64,000 nucleotides of DNA from an uncultured Dehalococcoidia bacterium (GCA_964587795.1 CAZPMU010000005.1:15723-79722); one strand, 5' to 3'; shown: positions 19,301-29,783, numbered from the stretch's first letter. Numbers and translations: made by a program. The notes: generated by a model from the sequence alone, not told the origin.

Positions 19301-19379
19301 GTAGGCCCCTGTAATTCCCATGCCTCGCCCCTGTCTTATCCGGGTAGCCATTCCCCAATCCCTGTGCCAAAATACCGCC

Positions 19380-20189
19380 ATGCAGACAACGCCACAACAA
19401 CCAACTCTGCTGGAAGCCACCCTGCGCCGGGACAGGTACGTCGTCATGGCCGTGCTGGCGGCCATTACCCTGCTGGCCTGGGCCTACCTGGTCTATTTGG
19501 CCCAAGGTATGGCGGATATGCAGGAAATGTCCGATATGGTCATGTCCGGTGGCAACATGGGGGTAGGCTACGGACCGGTGGACATCACTCTGACCTTCCT
19601 GATGTGGGCTGTGATGATGGTGGGGATGATGGTACCCTCGGCAGCCCCGATGATCCTTGCCTTCGCCAACATCAACCGGCGGCGCCGACAGCAGGGCAGT
19701 CCCTATGTTCCCACGGCCGTATTCCTGACCGGCTACCTGCTGGCCTGGGCCGTCTTCTCCGCTGCTGCAACGGTGGCCCAGATCAGTCTCAGCCTGAATT
19801 TCCTGCTTTCTCCAATGATGGCCAGCGCCAGCCCCATATTTGGGGCAGTTCTTCTCCTGGCGGCCGGCCTCTTCCAGTTGAGTCCTCTCAAGAGCGTCTG
19901 CCTGCGTCACTGCCGCACCCCCATGGGGTTCATCACCAACGACTGGCGGGAAGGCCGCCGGGGCGCCCTGCTGATGGGCCTGCACCACGGGGGATACTGC
20001 CTGGGCTGCTGCTGGGCGCTGATGGGTCTCCTGTTTCTGCTGGGCGTAATGAACCTGTTGTGGATTGCCGCCCTGGCTGCCTTTGTGCTGGTGGAAAAGG
20101 TGGTCCCCGCCGGAGAGTGGGTGGGCCGAGCCGCGGGCGTCGGCCTGCTGGCCTGGGGAGTCTGGCTGCTGTCTGGTATTTTCATCTGA
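19380..20189 (+). CDS. DUF2182-family putative metal-binding integral membrane protein
   Basis: LTFLMWAVMMVGMMVPSAAPMIL and LHHGGYCLGCCWALM are typical of DUF2182. The ATG at 19380 is preferred over the ORF-track start at 19320. Confidence 0.7.
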   Translation: MQTTPQQPTLLEATLRRDRYVVMAVLAAITLLAWAYLVYLAQGMADMQEMSDMVMSGGNMGVGYGPVDITLTFLMWAVMMVGMMVPSAAPMILAFANINRRRRQQGSPYVPTAVFLTGYLLAWAVFSAAATVAQISLSLNFLLSPMMASASPIFGAVLLLAAGLFQLSPLKSVCLRHCRTPMGFITNDWREGRRGALLMGLHHGGYCLGCCWALMGLLFLLGVMNLLWIAALAAFVLVEKVVPAGEWVGRAAGVGLLAWGVWLLSGIFI

Positions 20190-20295
20190 ACAAAGAACTC
20201 AAGCATGAATGAACAGGATACACAGGATATGGCAAGGCTGATGGCCAGGAAATCCTGTCCAACCTGTATATCCATGTTTAATTGGGGGAACGGTA

Positions 20296-20778
20296 ATGCC
20301 AAGTCGCGCTGATACCCACGACCTGGACAAGCTGAAGCGGTGGCAGAAGGACCTGGAAGCCACTCCGGATGATGCCCCGCCCGTCTTTGCCATTTTCCTG
20401 GTATCCGGCGAGGACCGGGCCGCTCACGACGTTTTCCGTGCCTTCCGCGCCGGTTTCGAGGAAAGCGGCCTCGGCTTTGCCCACCTGGTCATATTCGGGC
20501 AACACGGGATTTCGGAGACGGCGAGGCGACTTCAAGCCAGGTTCGGCCTCGAAATTGGCGGCAAGCCGTCGCTGGCATTTTTCTCCGGCGAAGGGGTTCA
20601 GCCTCAAATTATCTCGCTGCCCTCGGGAGAAATGGGTGAAGATTCCCGGGAAACCGAGTCCGGCTGGCGCAAGGCCCTGGACCATGCAGTAGCACAATTG
20701 GGAGAAGGGAGCAGCGGGAACACCGCGGTGGTGGAAACCTTAAGGAAAATCTGCGTGGATGTGGGCAACCCGAACTGA
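20296..20778 (+). CDS. Hypothetical protein (160 aa)
   Basis: Host-like codon bias, with GGGGGAACGG upstream of the ATG. No recognisable motif. Confidence 0.5.
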   Translation: MPSRADTHDLDKLKRWQKDLEATPDDAPPVFAIFLVSGEDRAAHDVFRAFRAGFEESGLGFAHLVIFGQHGISETARRLQARFGLEIGGKPSLAFFSGEGVQPQIISLPSGEMGEDSRETESGWRKALDHAVAQLGEGSSGNTAVVETLRKICVDVGNPN

Positions 20779-20802
20779 CCTTGAATATCCTGGGGGTGAA
20801 TA

Positions 20803-22041
20803 ATGGACACGGTAATCCTGCTCAGTGTTCTCGTACTCGGCCTTGCCATAGGGACGCTGGTAGGCTGGGCCATGCGCAGCGGCCGGGCCAGCAGGGAGGC
20901 AGCCGACCGCCAGGCGGAGGTTGCGCGCCTGCAGGGCCAACTGGAACAGGCGGCCACCACCCAGCAACTGCTGGAATCCGCCAGGGCCCAGTTCACCGAG
21001 GCGGCGAAGCTTACCGCTGCCGAGGCCCTGCAGGGGAATAACGACCAGTTCCTGAAACTGGCCAACGAAAACCTGGGCAAGACCATGGAGTCGGCCACCC
21101 GGGAATTGCAGCAGCGCCACCAGCAATTCCAGGAACTGGTCAAGCCCCTGTCTGAAAACTACAGCAAGCTGAACCCCCAGATCGAGTCCCTGGTGAAGCA
21201 AAGCCAGTCCCTGGCCGCAGAGACGGGCAGGCTGTCATCCGCCCTCACCGATAACCGGCAGGCCGGCCAGTGGGGCGAGGTGCAGTTGCGTCGGGTAGTT
21301 GACCTGGCCGGTATGACTGACTACTGCGACTTCACTGAGCAGGAAGCCCAGAGCGCGTCGCAGGGCCGGCCCGACCTGGTGATCAGGCTGCCCGAAAGGC
21401 GGGCCATTGTGGTTGATGCCAAGGCCTCGACCCTGGCTTACATGGAGGCCCAGCAGGCGGACGACCCGGATGCCGCGGACCAGGCCTGGACGCGCCATGC
21501 CCAGGCCCTGCGGCGACAGGTGGATGACCTGGGTGGCAAGAGCTACGGCAGTTCCGTAGAGGGTTCGCTGGATTTTGTAGTGATGTTCGTGCCTGGCGAC
21601 CAGTTCCTGGCCGCCGCCCTCAGCGCCAACCCCGGGCTGGTGGAGTATGCCATGTCCAGGCGGGTTGCCATAGCTACCCCTGCCTCCCTGATATCCATGC
21701 TCTGGGCTGTGGCCAATGGGTGGCAGCAGTTCCGCCTGGCCGAAGACGCGGCCCGCATCAAGGAGGTTGGCGAGGAGATGTACAAGCGGCTGACCACCTT
21801 CATGAATCACTACGCGCGGGTGGGCAGGGAGCTGGAGTCTGCCGTAACCGCTTACAACCAGTCGGTGGGCTCTTTTGACCAGCGGCTGGCTCCGCAGGGT
21901 CGCCGCTTTGCGGACCTGGTAATCGGCAGGGACGCCGACCTGCCCACGCCGGAGGCCATAGACGGGCTGCCCAGGGCGTCGGTCTACGCCAGCAATGAAG
22001 ATGACGACAGCGGCGTTAACAGCGTTGCGGCGGATGACTGA
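20803..22041 (+). CDS. rmuC: DNA recombination protein RmuC
   Basis: N-terminal TM helix and coiled coil, then the RmuC core GQWGEVQLRRVVDLAGM...VIRLPERRAIVVDAKAS...FVVMFVPGDQF. Confidence 0.9.
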   Translation: MDTVILLSVLVLGLAIGTLVGWAMRSGRASREAADRQAEVARLQGQLEQAATTQQLLESARAQFTEAAKLTAAEALQGNNDQFLKLANENLGKTMESATRELQQRHQQFQELVKPLSENYSKLNPQIESLVKQSQSLAAETGRLSSALTDNRQAGQWGEVQLRRVVDLAGMTDYCDFTEQEAQSASQGRPDLVIRLPERRAIVVDAKASTLAYMEAQQADDPDAADQAWTRHAQALRRQVDDLGGKSYGSSVEGSLDFVVMFVPGDQFLAAALSANPGLVEYAMSRRVAIATPASLISMLWAVANGWQQFRLAEDAARIKEVGEEMYKRLTTFMNHYARVGRELESAVTAYNQSVGSFDQRLAPQGRRFADLVIGRDADLPTPEAIDGLPRASVYASNEDDDSGVNSVAADD

Positions 22042-22122
22042 GCCGGGTTGCACACCTACCCCGCCGGTGCTAACATTAGCCGGAAACTAAAGGTATCCAT
22101 CACTATGAACGGAGGTACAAGC

Positions 22123-22641
22123 ATGGCTCTCATATCCAATTTGGGCCACGTGGGTATTATCTGCGACGACTTCCTGAAGATGCGTGACTTTTATACCCGT
22201 GTGCTGGGCTTGACCGTAACCGACGAGGACCCCGACCGGGGGAGCTGCTTCCTGAGCGCCGACCCCGCGAACGAGCACCACGAGCTTAACCTGGGCCAGG
22301 CCAACGAAAATCGTCCCCGCACCCAGAACGTGGGCCAGGTCTCCTTCATCGTACCCAGCATGGAGGCGCTGCGGGAACTGGACCGCCGGTTCAAGGTTGA
22401 AGGCACCACCATCCTGCGCACCGTTACCCACGGCATTTCCAACAGCATCTACTTCGAGGACCCGGAAGGCAACGTGGGCGAGGTCTATTACAAGACCGGC
22501 TACGTGGTCAAGCAGGGCTTCAGCCGCCCCATCGACCTGGAAGCCCAGTCCGACGAGGAGATTATGTCCTTTGCGCAGAGCTTCGAGGCCACCGAGGGTC
22601 CCTTCCAGGGCGCCAAGCTCCCCGTCGGCGCGGCCGATTAG
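22123..22641 (+). CDS. VOC (glyoxalase/extradiol dioxygenase) family protein
   Basis: LGHVGIICDDFLKMRDFYTRVLGL is a VOC beta-alpha-beta-beta-beta start. GGAGGT lies 6 nt upstream of the ATG at 22123. Confidence 0.85.
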   Translation: MALISNLGHVGIICDDFLKMRDFYTRVLGLTVTDEDPDRGSCFLSADPANEHHELNLGQANENRPRTQNVGQVSFIVPSMEALRELDRRFKVEGTTILRTVTHGISNSIYFEDPEGNVGEVYYKTGYVVKQGFSRPIDLEAQSDEEIMSFAQSFEATEGPFQGAKLPVGAAD

Positions 22642-22676
22642 GCATCTGCCATCCAGATTAAACCGCTTTACAGTAG

Positions 22677-22712
22677 CCGGGGCGGAAAAATGAACCGCCC
22701 CGGTTTTAGTTT
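22677..22712 (+). terminator. Rho-independent terminator
   Basis: 9-bp stem ccggggcgg / ccgccccgg with a 9-nt loop, followed by ttttagttt. Confidence 0.85.
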
Positions 22713-22936
22713 GCCCCGTGTTTACGGTTGTATTCTCGTGAAGGCGGGTTTTCCGGCAATGGCTAAGGACACAGCCACAGCAGCCTTTCAACAGGCGGAA
22801 GAGATACGATGCGGGTGCCATGCGGCCCATTGCCCGGGTCTCTCCGTCAACGAGTTCAAAAGTTCCGGGATGATCCGGATTTAATCCAGCCAGTGCATTC
22901 CAGCCAGCTTACCCACACGAGGAGATAACCTGAAAT

Positions 22937-24061
22937 ATGCCGGATTCTACCAATGCCGTACCTCCCCTTGTGGAGGACCATCAATCTGCGCCCCTGGACC
23001 CGGTGGCCGATTTCGCTGAACTACCCCGCCGCATTCGCGAGCAGGGACTTCTGGACCGGCAGCTTCGGTACTACATAATCAAGATGGCTTACACCCTGGC
23101 TATGCTCAGCCTGAGCATCGCTTTTCTCATAGTGGTTGACAATTTCTGGTTCCAGATAGCCAACGCGGTGTTCCTGGCACTTGTGTTTGGCCAGATAGGC
23201 TACATCGGCCACGACGCGGGACACATGGGAGTGTTCCGGTCGGTACGGGGAAACCGGTTAACGGGGTACGCCGTCAGTTTCCTGTTGAGCATGAGCCAGT
23301 CGTGGTGGCTCAACCAGCACAACCAGCACCACCGCAGCCCAAATGACCTGGATGACGACCCGCACACCCATATCCCGGTGTTTGCCTTCTCGGAGGAAAA
23401 GGCCATCCGCATGCGGGGCGTCCTCCGGTTCCTGGCGGCATACCAGGCGTTTTATTTCCTGCCCATTCTGGCATTCGAGTGTCTTGCCCTCCGCTTCTCC
23501 AGCGCCCAGTTTCTGGTCAGCAAGCGCAGGCCCAGGACCTATCTTCCGGAACTGGCGTTGATGGCCTTGCACTTTGCGCTTTACTTTGGTCTGCTCTTCT
23601 ATGCGCTTAACCCCTGGCAGGTTTTGGTGTTCGCCCTGGTCCACCAGGGGCTGTTCGGGCTGTATTACGGGCTGGTATTTGCCCCCAACCACAAGGGGAT
23701 GCTGATACTGGACAAGGAACAGCCCCTGGATTTCGTGCGGACACAGGTGCTCACCACCCGCAATATCAAGCCCAATTTCCTGGTAGACTTCCTGTACGGG
23801 GGGCTGAACTACCAGATTGAGCACCACCTGTTCTCCATGATGCCCAGGAACAGGCTGGGTAAGGCGCGGCCCATAGTAATGGAGTTTTGCCAGCAACGGG
23901 GCATTCCCTACTACGAGACCGGCACGTTGAGGTCTTATCGCGAAATTCTCAGCCACATGCACCAGGTTTCGTCCGTTCTGCGCAATGGGTCTAAGCCGCC
24001 GGCCAAGTTCGAAGGCGGCGATTCTCCGACTGTCAACGTCGGTGTTTCGGCCGCTGGTTAG
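22937..24061 (+). CDS. Membrane fatty-acid desaturase
   Basis: Three His boxes: HDAGH, HNQHHRSPN and QIEHHLF. Four TM segments. Confidence 0.92.
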   Translation: MPDSTNAVPPLVEDHQSAPLDPVADFAELPRRIREQGLLDRQLRYYIIKMAYTLAMLSLSIAFLIVVDNFWFQIANAVFLALVFGQIGYIGHDAGHMGVFRSVRGNRLTGYAVSFLLSMSQSWWLNQHNQHHRSPNDLDDDPHTHIPVFAFSEEKAIRMRGVLRFLAAYQAFYFLPILAFECLALRFSSAQFLVSKRRPRTYLPELALMALHFALYFGLLFYALNPWQVLVFALVHQGLFGLYYGLVFAPNHKGMLILDKEQPLDFVRTQVLTTRNIKPNFLVDFLYGGLNYQIEHHLFSMMPRNRLGKARPIVMEFCQQRGIPYYETGTLRSYREILSHMHQVSSVLRNGSKPPAKFEGGDSPTVNVGVSAAG

Positions 24062-24083
24062 GACAGCCTTACATTTCCGGCAG

Positions 24084-24116
24084 AAAGCCCGATTGTCCCA
24101 ATCGGGTTTTTCTTTT
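24084..24116 (+). terminator. Rho-independent terminator of the desaturase gene
   Basis: Stem aaagcccgatt / aatcgggtttt with a 5-nt loop, then the T-tract tttttctttt. Confidence 0.8.
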
Positions 24117-24237
24117 GGCGCCGCTGCGAATTCACCGGTTCCGGCCCTTCCCGGGTTTCCTGCAAGCCTTTGCCAACATTCCCGGCGCCAAGTATCATTG
24201 ACCGCAAACCTGCGGCCGCACCTCCAGGAGGACCGCC

Positions 24238-25731
24238 ATGTCCCTGAACGTTTCCACCGCTGCCGGCGCTATGACCGGCGCCCGCTACATCGAAAGTCTC
24301 CGCGACGACCGGGAGGTCTGGCTGGACGGTGAGCGGGTGACAGACGTGCCGTCCCATCCCGCCTTCCGGGGCATGGTCAACGAACTGGCCCGAATCTACG
24401 ACCTGCAGCACACGGATGAGTTTCGCGACCGGATGACCTTCACGTCTCCGGAAACGGGCAACCGCTGCAGCTACTCGTGGCTGCTGCCCCGCTCCGCCGA
24501 GGACCTGCAACGCAAGCGCCGCAACAGTGAAATCTGGAACGAACAGAGCTGGGGCCAACTGGGCCGCAGCCCCGACATCCTGGCGCCCCACATCACGGCC
24601 CTCTACGCCATCCGCGACTCCCTGGGGTCGGTGAAGCACCCCAGGTGCGACTTCGGCGAGAACATTGCCAACTATCACCGCTACTGCCAGGAGAACGACT
24701 TGTTCCTGACCCACGCCCTGGGCGACCCCCAGGTGGACCGGAGCCAGCAGCCCCAGAACGAGCAGCGCAATATCCTCGAAGAGGAACTGGCCCTGCATGT
24801 CGTTGAGGAGACCGGCGAGGGTGTCATCATCACCGGGGGCAAGCAACTGGCCACCGCCGCGCCCATCAGCAACGAGACCTATGTTTCCCTGTCCGCCACC
24901 TTCCTGCGCCGTTCCGACCCCAAGTGCGTGTTGGCCTTCTCCATACCCACCAACTCCCCGGGAATGAAGATACTGTGCCGGGAACCCATCTCCCACGGCT
25001 ACGGCGGATTCGGGCATCCCTTGGGGCTCAACTACGACGAGCAGGACGCCATGCTCTTCTTCGAGGAGGTGCTGGTGCCCTGGGACCGCATCTTCATGCT
25101 GTACGACTCGTCTCCCCTGGTGGCCCATCTCACGCGGCGCACCAACTTCCAGGGCTGGCCCAACCTGGTGCGCATCCACCAGCGCATGAAGCTGATGACC
25201 GCCGTCGCCACTCTCATTGCCGAGGCCATTGGCGTCATCGAGTACCGAGAGGTGTCCGCCAAGCTGGGGGAGATGGCAACCTACACCGAGATGTGGCGCC
25301 ACGCCATGGACGGCATCGAACACAACGCCTTCCTCACCGATGATGGGCTGATGTCCCTGGGCGATATGAACGCCATGAACATCTACTTTTCGCAGATGTC
25401 GGCCCGGATGGTGGAGCTGCTGCGGGAGATTGCCGGGTCCGGTATCATCATGCAGCCCAGCGAAAAGGACCTGGCCAGTTCCGACCTGCGGCCCTACCTG
25501 GACCGGTATATGCGGGGGAAGGGCGTGGACGTGGAGTACAAGTCCCGTCTGTTCCGACTGGCTCACGACCTGGCCGTTTCTTCCTTTGGCATGCGCCAGG
25601 AAATCTACGAGTACTGGCACGGCGGAGACCCCAACCGCAACCGCATCAACCTGATGCGGAACTACGACCAGGCCGACATAACGGAGCGGGTCAAGGATAT
25701 GCTTTCCCGGCCGCTGTCCAACGAGGGGTAA
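24238..25731 (+). CDS. 4-hydroxyphenylacetate 3-monooxygenase oxygenase-component (HpaB) family flavin monooxygenase
   Basis: 497 aa. The N-terminus TGARYIESLRDDREVWLDGERVTDVPSHPAFRG is characteristic of the HpaB family. Confidence 0.88.
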   Translation: MSLNVSTAAGAMTGARYIESLRDDREVWLDGERVTDVPSHPAFRGMVNELARIYDLQHTDEFRDRMTFTSPETGNRCSYSWLLPRSAEDLQRKRRNSEIWNEQSWGQLGRSPDILAPHITALYAIRDSLGSVKHPRCDFGENIANYHRYCQENDLFLTHALGDPQVDRSQQPQNEQRNILEEELALHVVEETGEGVIITGGKQLATAAPISNETYVSLSATFLRRSDPKCVLAFSIPTNSPGMKILCREPISHGYGGFGHPLGLNYDEQDAMLFFEEVLVPWDRIFMLYDSSPLVAHLTRRTNFQGWPNLVRIHQRMKLMTAVATLIAEAIGVIEYREVSAKLGEMATYTEMWRHAMDGIEHNAFLTDDGLMSLGDMNAMNIYFSQMSARMVELLREIAGSGIIMQPSEKDLASSDLRPYLDRYMRGKGVDVEYKSRLFRLAHDLAVSSFGMRQEIYEYWHGGDPNRNRINLMRNYDQADITERVKDMLSRPLSNEG

Positions 25732-25776
25732 ATCGCGCTAGCTCAAAATCCAGCGTAATCACATTACGAAGGTTCC

Positions 25777-25852
25777 CTTAACCGCGGAGGCTCAGAGACC
25801 GCAGAGATTCTCTGATCCCCTCTGCGTACCCTGTACCTGCGCAGTGAGAAAC
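25777..25852. repeat. Family 1 intergenic repeat, copy B (reverse orientation)
   Basis: Begins cttaaccgcggaggctcagagaccgcagag. Matches the TTAACCrCrGAGGCnCAGAG end of copy A. Confidence 0.6.
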
Positions 25853-25999
25853 GAGCTGAATGGCAGTGGAGGGGGCGGACGTTTCAATTAAGCAGCGGTT
25901 GCCGCGCCATGCTTTCCCCGCAATTTGTCCCCTGAAACGCCTCAATGTTATACTCTCTGGCGTACATTCTTAATCTGGAGCTTGAAAAGACCATTTACT

Positions 26000-27373
26000 A
26001 TGGGTGAAGCTTTTAACCTCGTTTCGTTGCCCCTTTCCCTCTTCCAGGCCGGCGCCGGTGAGATAACAGAAATCCTCATCGTTCTCCTCATCCAACTCTC
26101 CGTCATCCTCGCGGCAGCCAAAATAGCTGGCGAGCTGGCGACCAGGTTTCTCAAAGTACCCGCCGTGCTGGCTGAACTGGGGGTGGGTGTCGCCATTGGC
26201 CCTTTTGCCCTGGGCGGACTTAGCTTCTTCGGAGTCGGACCTCTTTTCCCTCTTCCCCTGGTTGACGGCAAGCCTGCTCCCATTCCCGTAGGCAACGAAC
26301 TTTATGCCCTGGCCCAGATTGGCTCGGTGGTGCTCCTTTTCGCCATCGGCCTCGAAACCAACCTCAAACAGTTCATCAGATATGCCGGGCCCGCCACCGC
26401 CGTGGCCATTGGCGGCGTGGTCCTGCCCTTCGGCCTGGGCGTAGGCGCCACGGTGCTAATGGGATTTGACGGCGGCGGTGGATGGAGTTCGCCGCAGGCC
26501 CTTTTCATGGGCGCCATTATGACCGCCACCTCCGTGGGCATTACCGCCCGGGTGCTGGCGGACCTGCACCGCCTGGACGACCCGGAGGGAGTTACCATCA
26601 TCGCTGCGGCCGTGGTGGACGATGTTCTGGGTATCCTGGTCTTGACCGTGGTGGTGGGCATCAGCACCACCGATACCTTCACCATCGGCAGCGTGGGGTG
26701 GATCAGCTTCAAGGCCATCGGCTTCTGCGTGGCGCTGACCGCGGTGGGAATCCTGCTTGCGCCATATCTCGAAAAGGTGCTGGAGAGGTTCAGTTCCACC
26801 AGCGCCCTCCTCTGCATACCCCTGGCGCTTGCCCTTCTGGCAGCCGGCCTGGCGGAGTTTTTCGGCCTGGCCTTCATCATCGGCGCCTTCTCCATTGGGC
26901 TTGCCCTGTCCACTACCCGATTGGGGCACCTGGTGGAAGCCGCCATGCTGGGCATAGTGGACTTCCTCGTCCCCGTCTTCTTCGTGGTAATGGGCATGCT
27001 GGTGGACGTGACCTCCATGCAGTCGGGGTTGGTATTTGGCCTGATAATCTCGGCGCTGGCCGTCTTTTCCAAGGTGGTGGGGTCGGGTGGCCCTGCCCTG
27101 GTCAGTGGCTTCAACCTCCGCGGCAGCACCCGCATCGGCGTGGGCATGATGCCCCGGGGTGAAGTTGCCCTGATAATCGCCGGCATCGGCCTGTCCCACG
27201 GCATCATCGGCCAGGACCTTTTCGGCGTCAGCATTCTTATGACTGTGATCACCACCCTGATTGCGCCGACGCTGCTGGTGCCCCTGTTCCGCTCCGGCGG
27301 CAGTGGCGTGCGCAAGCTGGCCCAGGAAGAACGGGAGCAGGGCGCCGCCCTGGCCGAGGGGGCGGAGGATTAG
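26000..27373 (+). CDS. Cation:proton antiporter (CPA2/Kef-type Na+/H+ exchanger family)
   Basis: About 12 TM helices. AKIAGELATRFLKVPAVLAELGVGVAIGP and MMPRGEVALI are typical of CPA2. The ATG at 26000 is preferred over the TTG at 25925. Confidence 0.9.
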   Translation: MGEAFNLVSLPLSLFQAGAGEITEILIVLLIQLSVILAAAKIAGELATRFLKVPAVLAELGVGVAIGPFALGGLSFFGVGPLFPLPLVDGKPAPIPVGNELYALAQIGSVVLLFAIGLETNLKQFIRYAGPATAVAIGGVVLPFGLGVGATVLMGFDGGGGWSSPQALFMGAIMTATSVGITARVLADLHRLDDPEGVTIIAAAVVDDVLGILVLTVVVGISTTDTFTIGSVGWISFKAIGFCVALTAVGILLAPYLEKVLERFSSTSALLCIPLALALLAAGLAEFFGLAFIIGAFSIGLALSTTRLGHLVEAAMLGIVDFLVPVFFVVMGMLVDVTSMQSGLVFGLIISALAVFSKVVGSGGPALVSGFNLRGSTRIGVGMMPRGEVALIIAGIGLSHGIIGQDLFGVSILMTVITTLIAPTLLVPLFRSGGSGVRKLAQEEREQGAALAEGAED

Positions 27374-27441
27374 GCGCGGCGCCGGTTGACGCCCCCACCT
27401 CAGCCTCTGAAAACTAACTTGCAGAAGGAGACCAGGAAAAG

Positions 27442-27726
27442 ATGATCGGTGTTTTGACCCACCACTGGGCCAAGTCGGACAAGATTGAAGATGCGAAGAA
27501 GCTCTTGGATGGCAATGGCGAGGCCCAGAGCAGGGCCCCCGGCTTTGGCGCGCGGGAAACCCTCTATTCCCTTTCCGATCCCACCAAGATAACCACCCTG
27601 GTTACCTGGGACAGCAACGAAATCTACGATGCCTGGCGGGCCAGCCCGGAGCGGGCCGTAGCCATGGCCGGGGCCGAGGAACTGTGGGCCCAGCCTCCGG
27701 AATCGGAGCGATTTGAAGTGGCCTAG
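27442..27726 (+). CDS. ABM (antibiotic biosynthesis monooxygenase-like) domain protein
   Basis: 94-aa ferredoxin-like fold pattern (TTLVTWDSNEIYDAWRASPE). SD AAGGAG upstream. Confidence 0.65.
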   Translation: MIGVLTHHWAKSDKIEDAKKLLDGNGEAQSRAPGFGARETLYSLSDPTKITTLVTWDSNEIYDAWRASPERAVAMAGAEELWAQPPESERFEVA

Positions 27727-27788
27727 CCCAACAAGCCCCTGTGTCCGTGAAAGGGGCTGGTCGCCCAGGGCGCTTACGTTAAAGCTCC

Positions 27789-27846
27789 CTTAAGCGCAGG
27801 GGAGCGAAGTTGCACTGAGCAACTCTGTGCCTCCGCGGTAATAACC
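27789..27846. repeat. Family 1 intergenic repeat, copy C (shorter)
   Basis: cttaagcgcagg...aactctgtgcctccgcggtaataacc. Confidence 0.5.
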
Positions 27847-27917
27847 ACCGTTGTAAAGAGACCGTGCAACGGACCTCTGGCAACAAACCGTAATGGCCCT
27901 GCCCGAATTTCCGGCGG

Positions 27918-28928
27918 TTATGCCAGCAGCCCGTCCAGCCCGCCCTCCAAGTGCCTGTCGGCCAGCAGGGTAAACCGTTCCAGCTTGTGGAGGCTGTAGG
28001 GATTGGACCGGGCCAGCAGGTTGCCCAGCGATTCAGCCGTCTCCTGGGTGCCGGCGGGCACCAGCAGCAGCGCCGCGTTCCGCTTCCGCGCCTCCACCCT
28101 TATGTACTCGGTGGGTTCCTCTCCGCCGGTCAGCACCAGGAACCTGGTGTCGCACATCAGGCTGGCCATCTGGATATCCGGCCGCGCCGCCCGGGTGATT
28201 ACCGCCTGGTTGGGGTAGCGTCCGAAATAGTTGGGCCCCGAGTCCATGATGTTGCCGCCGATGAGAAACCGGTCCACCCACAATTCCGGGTTCTCCGGTT
28301 CCCGCACCCACTCTCCTTCCAGGAACTCTGCCACCTGCCCCAGGGTAAAGGCCAGCATCTCCCGGTCCTCGGGAATGGCGCCCAGCATGGGAACGCCCCG
28401 GGCCTTCAGGGGCGCTACCAGCCCTGTTGCCACGCTTTCGTCCCGGTGGCGAAGCACGTTGTTGATGATCACGCCTCCGGCGTTGCCGCCAAGCCGGGCC
28501 CATTCCTCTGCCACCGAATCTGCCATGGCCTGCAGGTCGCGCCCCGCCGTGTGGGACTGAATCAGCGCCGTGGGACTTCCCGCCGAAACGACCGGCGCGT
28601 CCCATTCCACCAGCACAGTGTCAAAGGCGGCTTCCAGGGCCGTTACGGCTTCGGCAACCTGCCCCGCCCGGGCTTCGGAAATACGGGTGGGAAGCTGTTG
28701 GGGATCAATGGGCTGGGGAAAGGGCGGCGGAACAGCGCCCTGTGGCGAGCCAAGAGACGCCAGCAACTCCCCCATGAACGCAATGTCAGGGTCCGAAGCG
28801 GGGTCTGCGGACAACGGCTTGAAGTAGGCGACTTGCCGGCCGCGCGTGGCCTCACGGCGGGCCAGCGCCCCGGACAGGCAGGTCTTGCCGGCCCCGGGCC
28901 GGGTGGAAACTATGTTCAGTGATGCCAA
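27918..28928 (-). CDS. DRTGG-domain protein with BioD/Pta N-terminal-like P-loop domain
   Basis: N-terminus IVSTRPGAGKTCLSGALA...YFKPL (a P-loop as in the Pta N-domain or cobyrinic diamide synthase). C-terminal DTRFLVLTGGEEP (DRTGG-type). Confidence 0.7.
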   Translation of the reverse strand: MASLNIVSTRPGAGKTCLSGALARREATRGRQVAYFKPLSADPASDPDIAFMGELLASLGSPQGAVPPPFPQPIDPQQLPTRISEARAGQVAEAVTALEAAFDTVLVEWDAPVVSAGSPTALIQSHTAGRDLQAMADSVAEEWARLGGNAGGVIINNVLRHRDESVATGLVAPLKARGVPMLGAIPEDREMLAFTLGQVAEFLEGEWVREPENPELWVDRFLIGGNIMDSGPNYFGRYPNQAVITRAARPDIQMASLMCDTRFLVLTGGEEPTEYIRVEARKRNAALLLVPAGTQETAESLGNLLARSNPYSLHKLERFTLLADRHLEGGLDGLLA

Positions 28929-29047
28929 GCGCGCCCCTCCGGTGCCTTGTTGGGTGGTGATTGATGCTCAAAATTCTACCATAGGTGGTAATGATGACAC
29001 CGCAACGGGGCTGTCAGTCCAATGCGATTACATTTGGAAGACCTTCT

Positions 29048-29126
29048 TGAACACAGAGACGCAGAGTATGGAGATTTGCACAGAGTTGCTCCGTGCCACC
29101 CCGAGTATTCTTTGCCTCCGAGCTAA
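29048..29126. repeat. Family 1 intergenic repeat, copy D
   Basis: tgaacacagagacgcagagtatggagatttgcacagag...cctccgagctaa. Confidence 0.55.
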
Positions 29127-29228
29127 TAAACTGATCAAAATGCAGCCGCCACAACCGTCGCAGTCGACACGATACCAGGGGAAATGGCATAATAAGGCAA
29201 CCCTGACAGAGCGCTTAAGGAGAAAGAA

Positions 29229-29783
29229 ATGTCATCAAGAGTCAATGGACTGGGCCATGTCGGCTTTTACGTTAAGGACCTGGAACTCATGAAGGAGTTT
29301 TACGGCAACTTCATGGGCATGAAACTGACCAAGGTTGGCCCCCTGGGCGCCTTCTTCAGCGCCGACCCGGAGGGCGTTGATCACGAAATCGCCCTCATCA
29401 ACGGCCGCCAATCGCTGGAGGACCCCCAGTGGATCCAGCAGATTTCCATGCGCGTCGACTCCCTGGACGACCTGCGCGATTTCAAGCGCCGCATCCACGA
29501 GCGCGGCTATCAGTTGGACCGCATCGTCAGCCACGCCAGCGCCATCGGCTGCTACTTCCGCGACCCGGAGAACAACCCCACCGAGGTGTTCTGGCTCACC
29601 GGCTACACTTCCTGGGCCCAGATCGGCGTCCCCATCGACATCGATCAGTCGGACGAGGCGGTGATGGAAGACGTGGCCCGCTCGTACGAGGTGGCCAAGA
29701 ACGTGGAGATGGGTCAGCCGCCCACGCCGGAGACGGCCCAGGCCATCCGCGAACTCGGGGCCGCAGCCGCGGGTGTGCGCTAG
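29229..29783 (+). CDS. VOC (glyoxalase/extradiol dioxygenase) family protein
   Basis: LGHVGFYVKDLELMKEFYGNFMGM, then a second module SHASAIGCYFRDPENNPTEVF. Confidence 0.85.
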   Translation: MSSRVNGLGHVGFYVKDLELMKEFYGNFMGMKLTKVGPLGAFFSADPEGVDHEIALINGRQSLEDPQWIQQISMRVDSLDDLRDFKRRIHERGYQLDRIVSHASAIGCYFRDPENNPTEVFWLTGYTSWAQIGVPIDIDQSDEAVMEDVARSYEVAKNVEMGQPPTPETAQAIRELGAAAAGVR

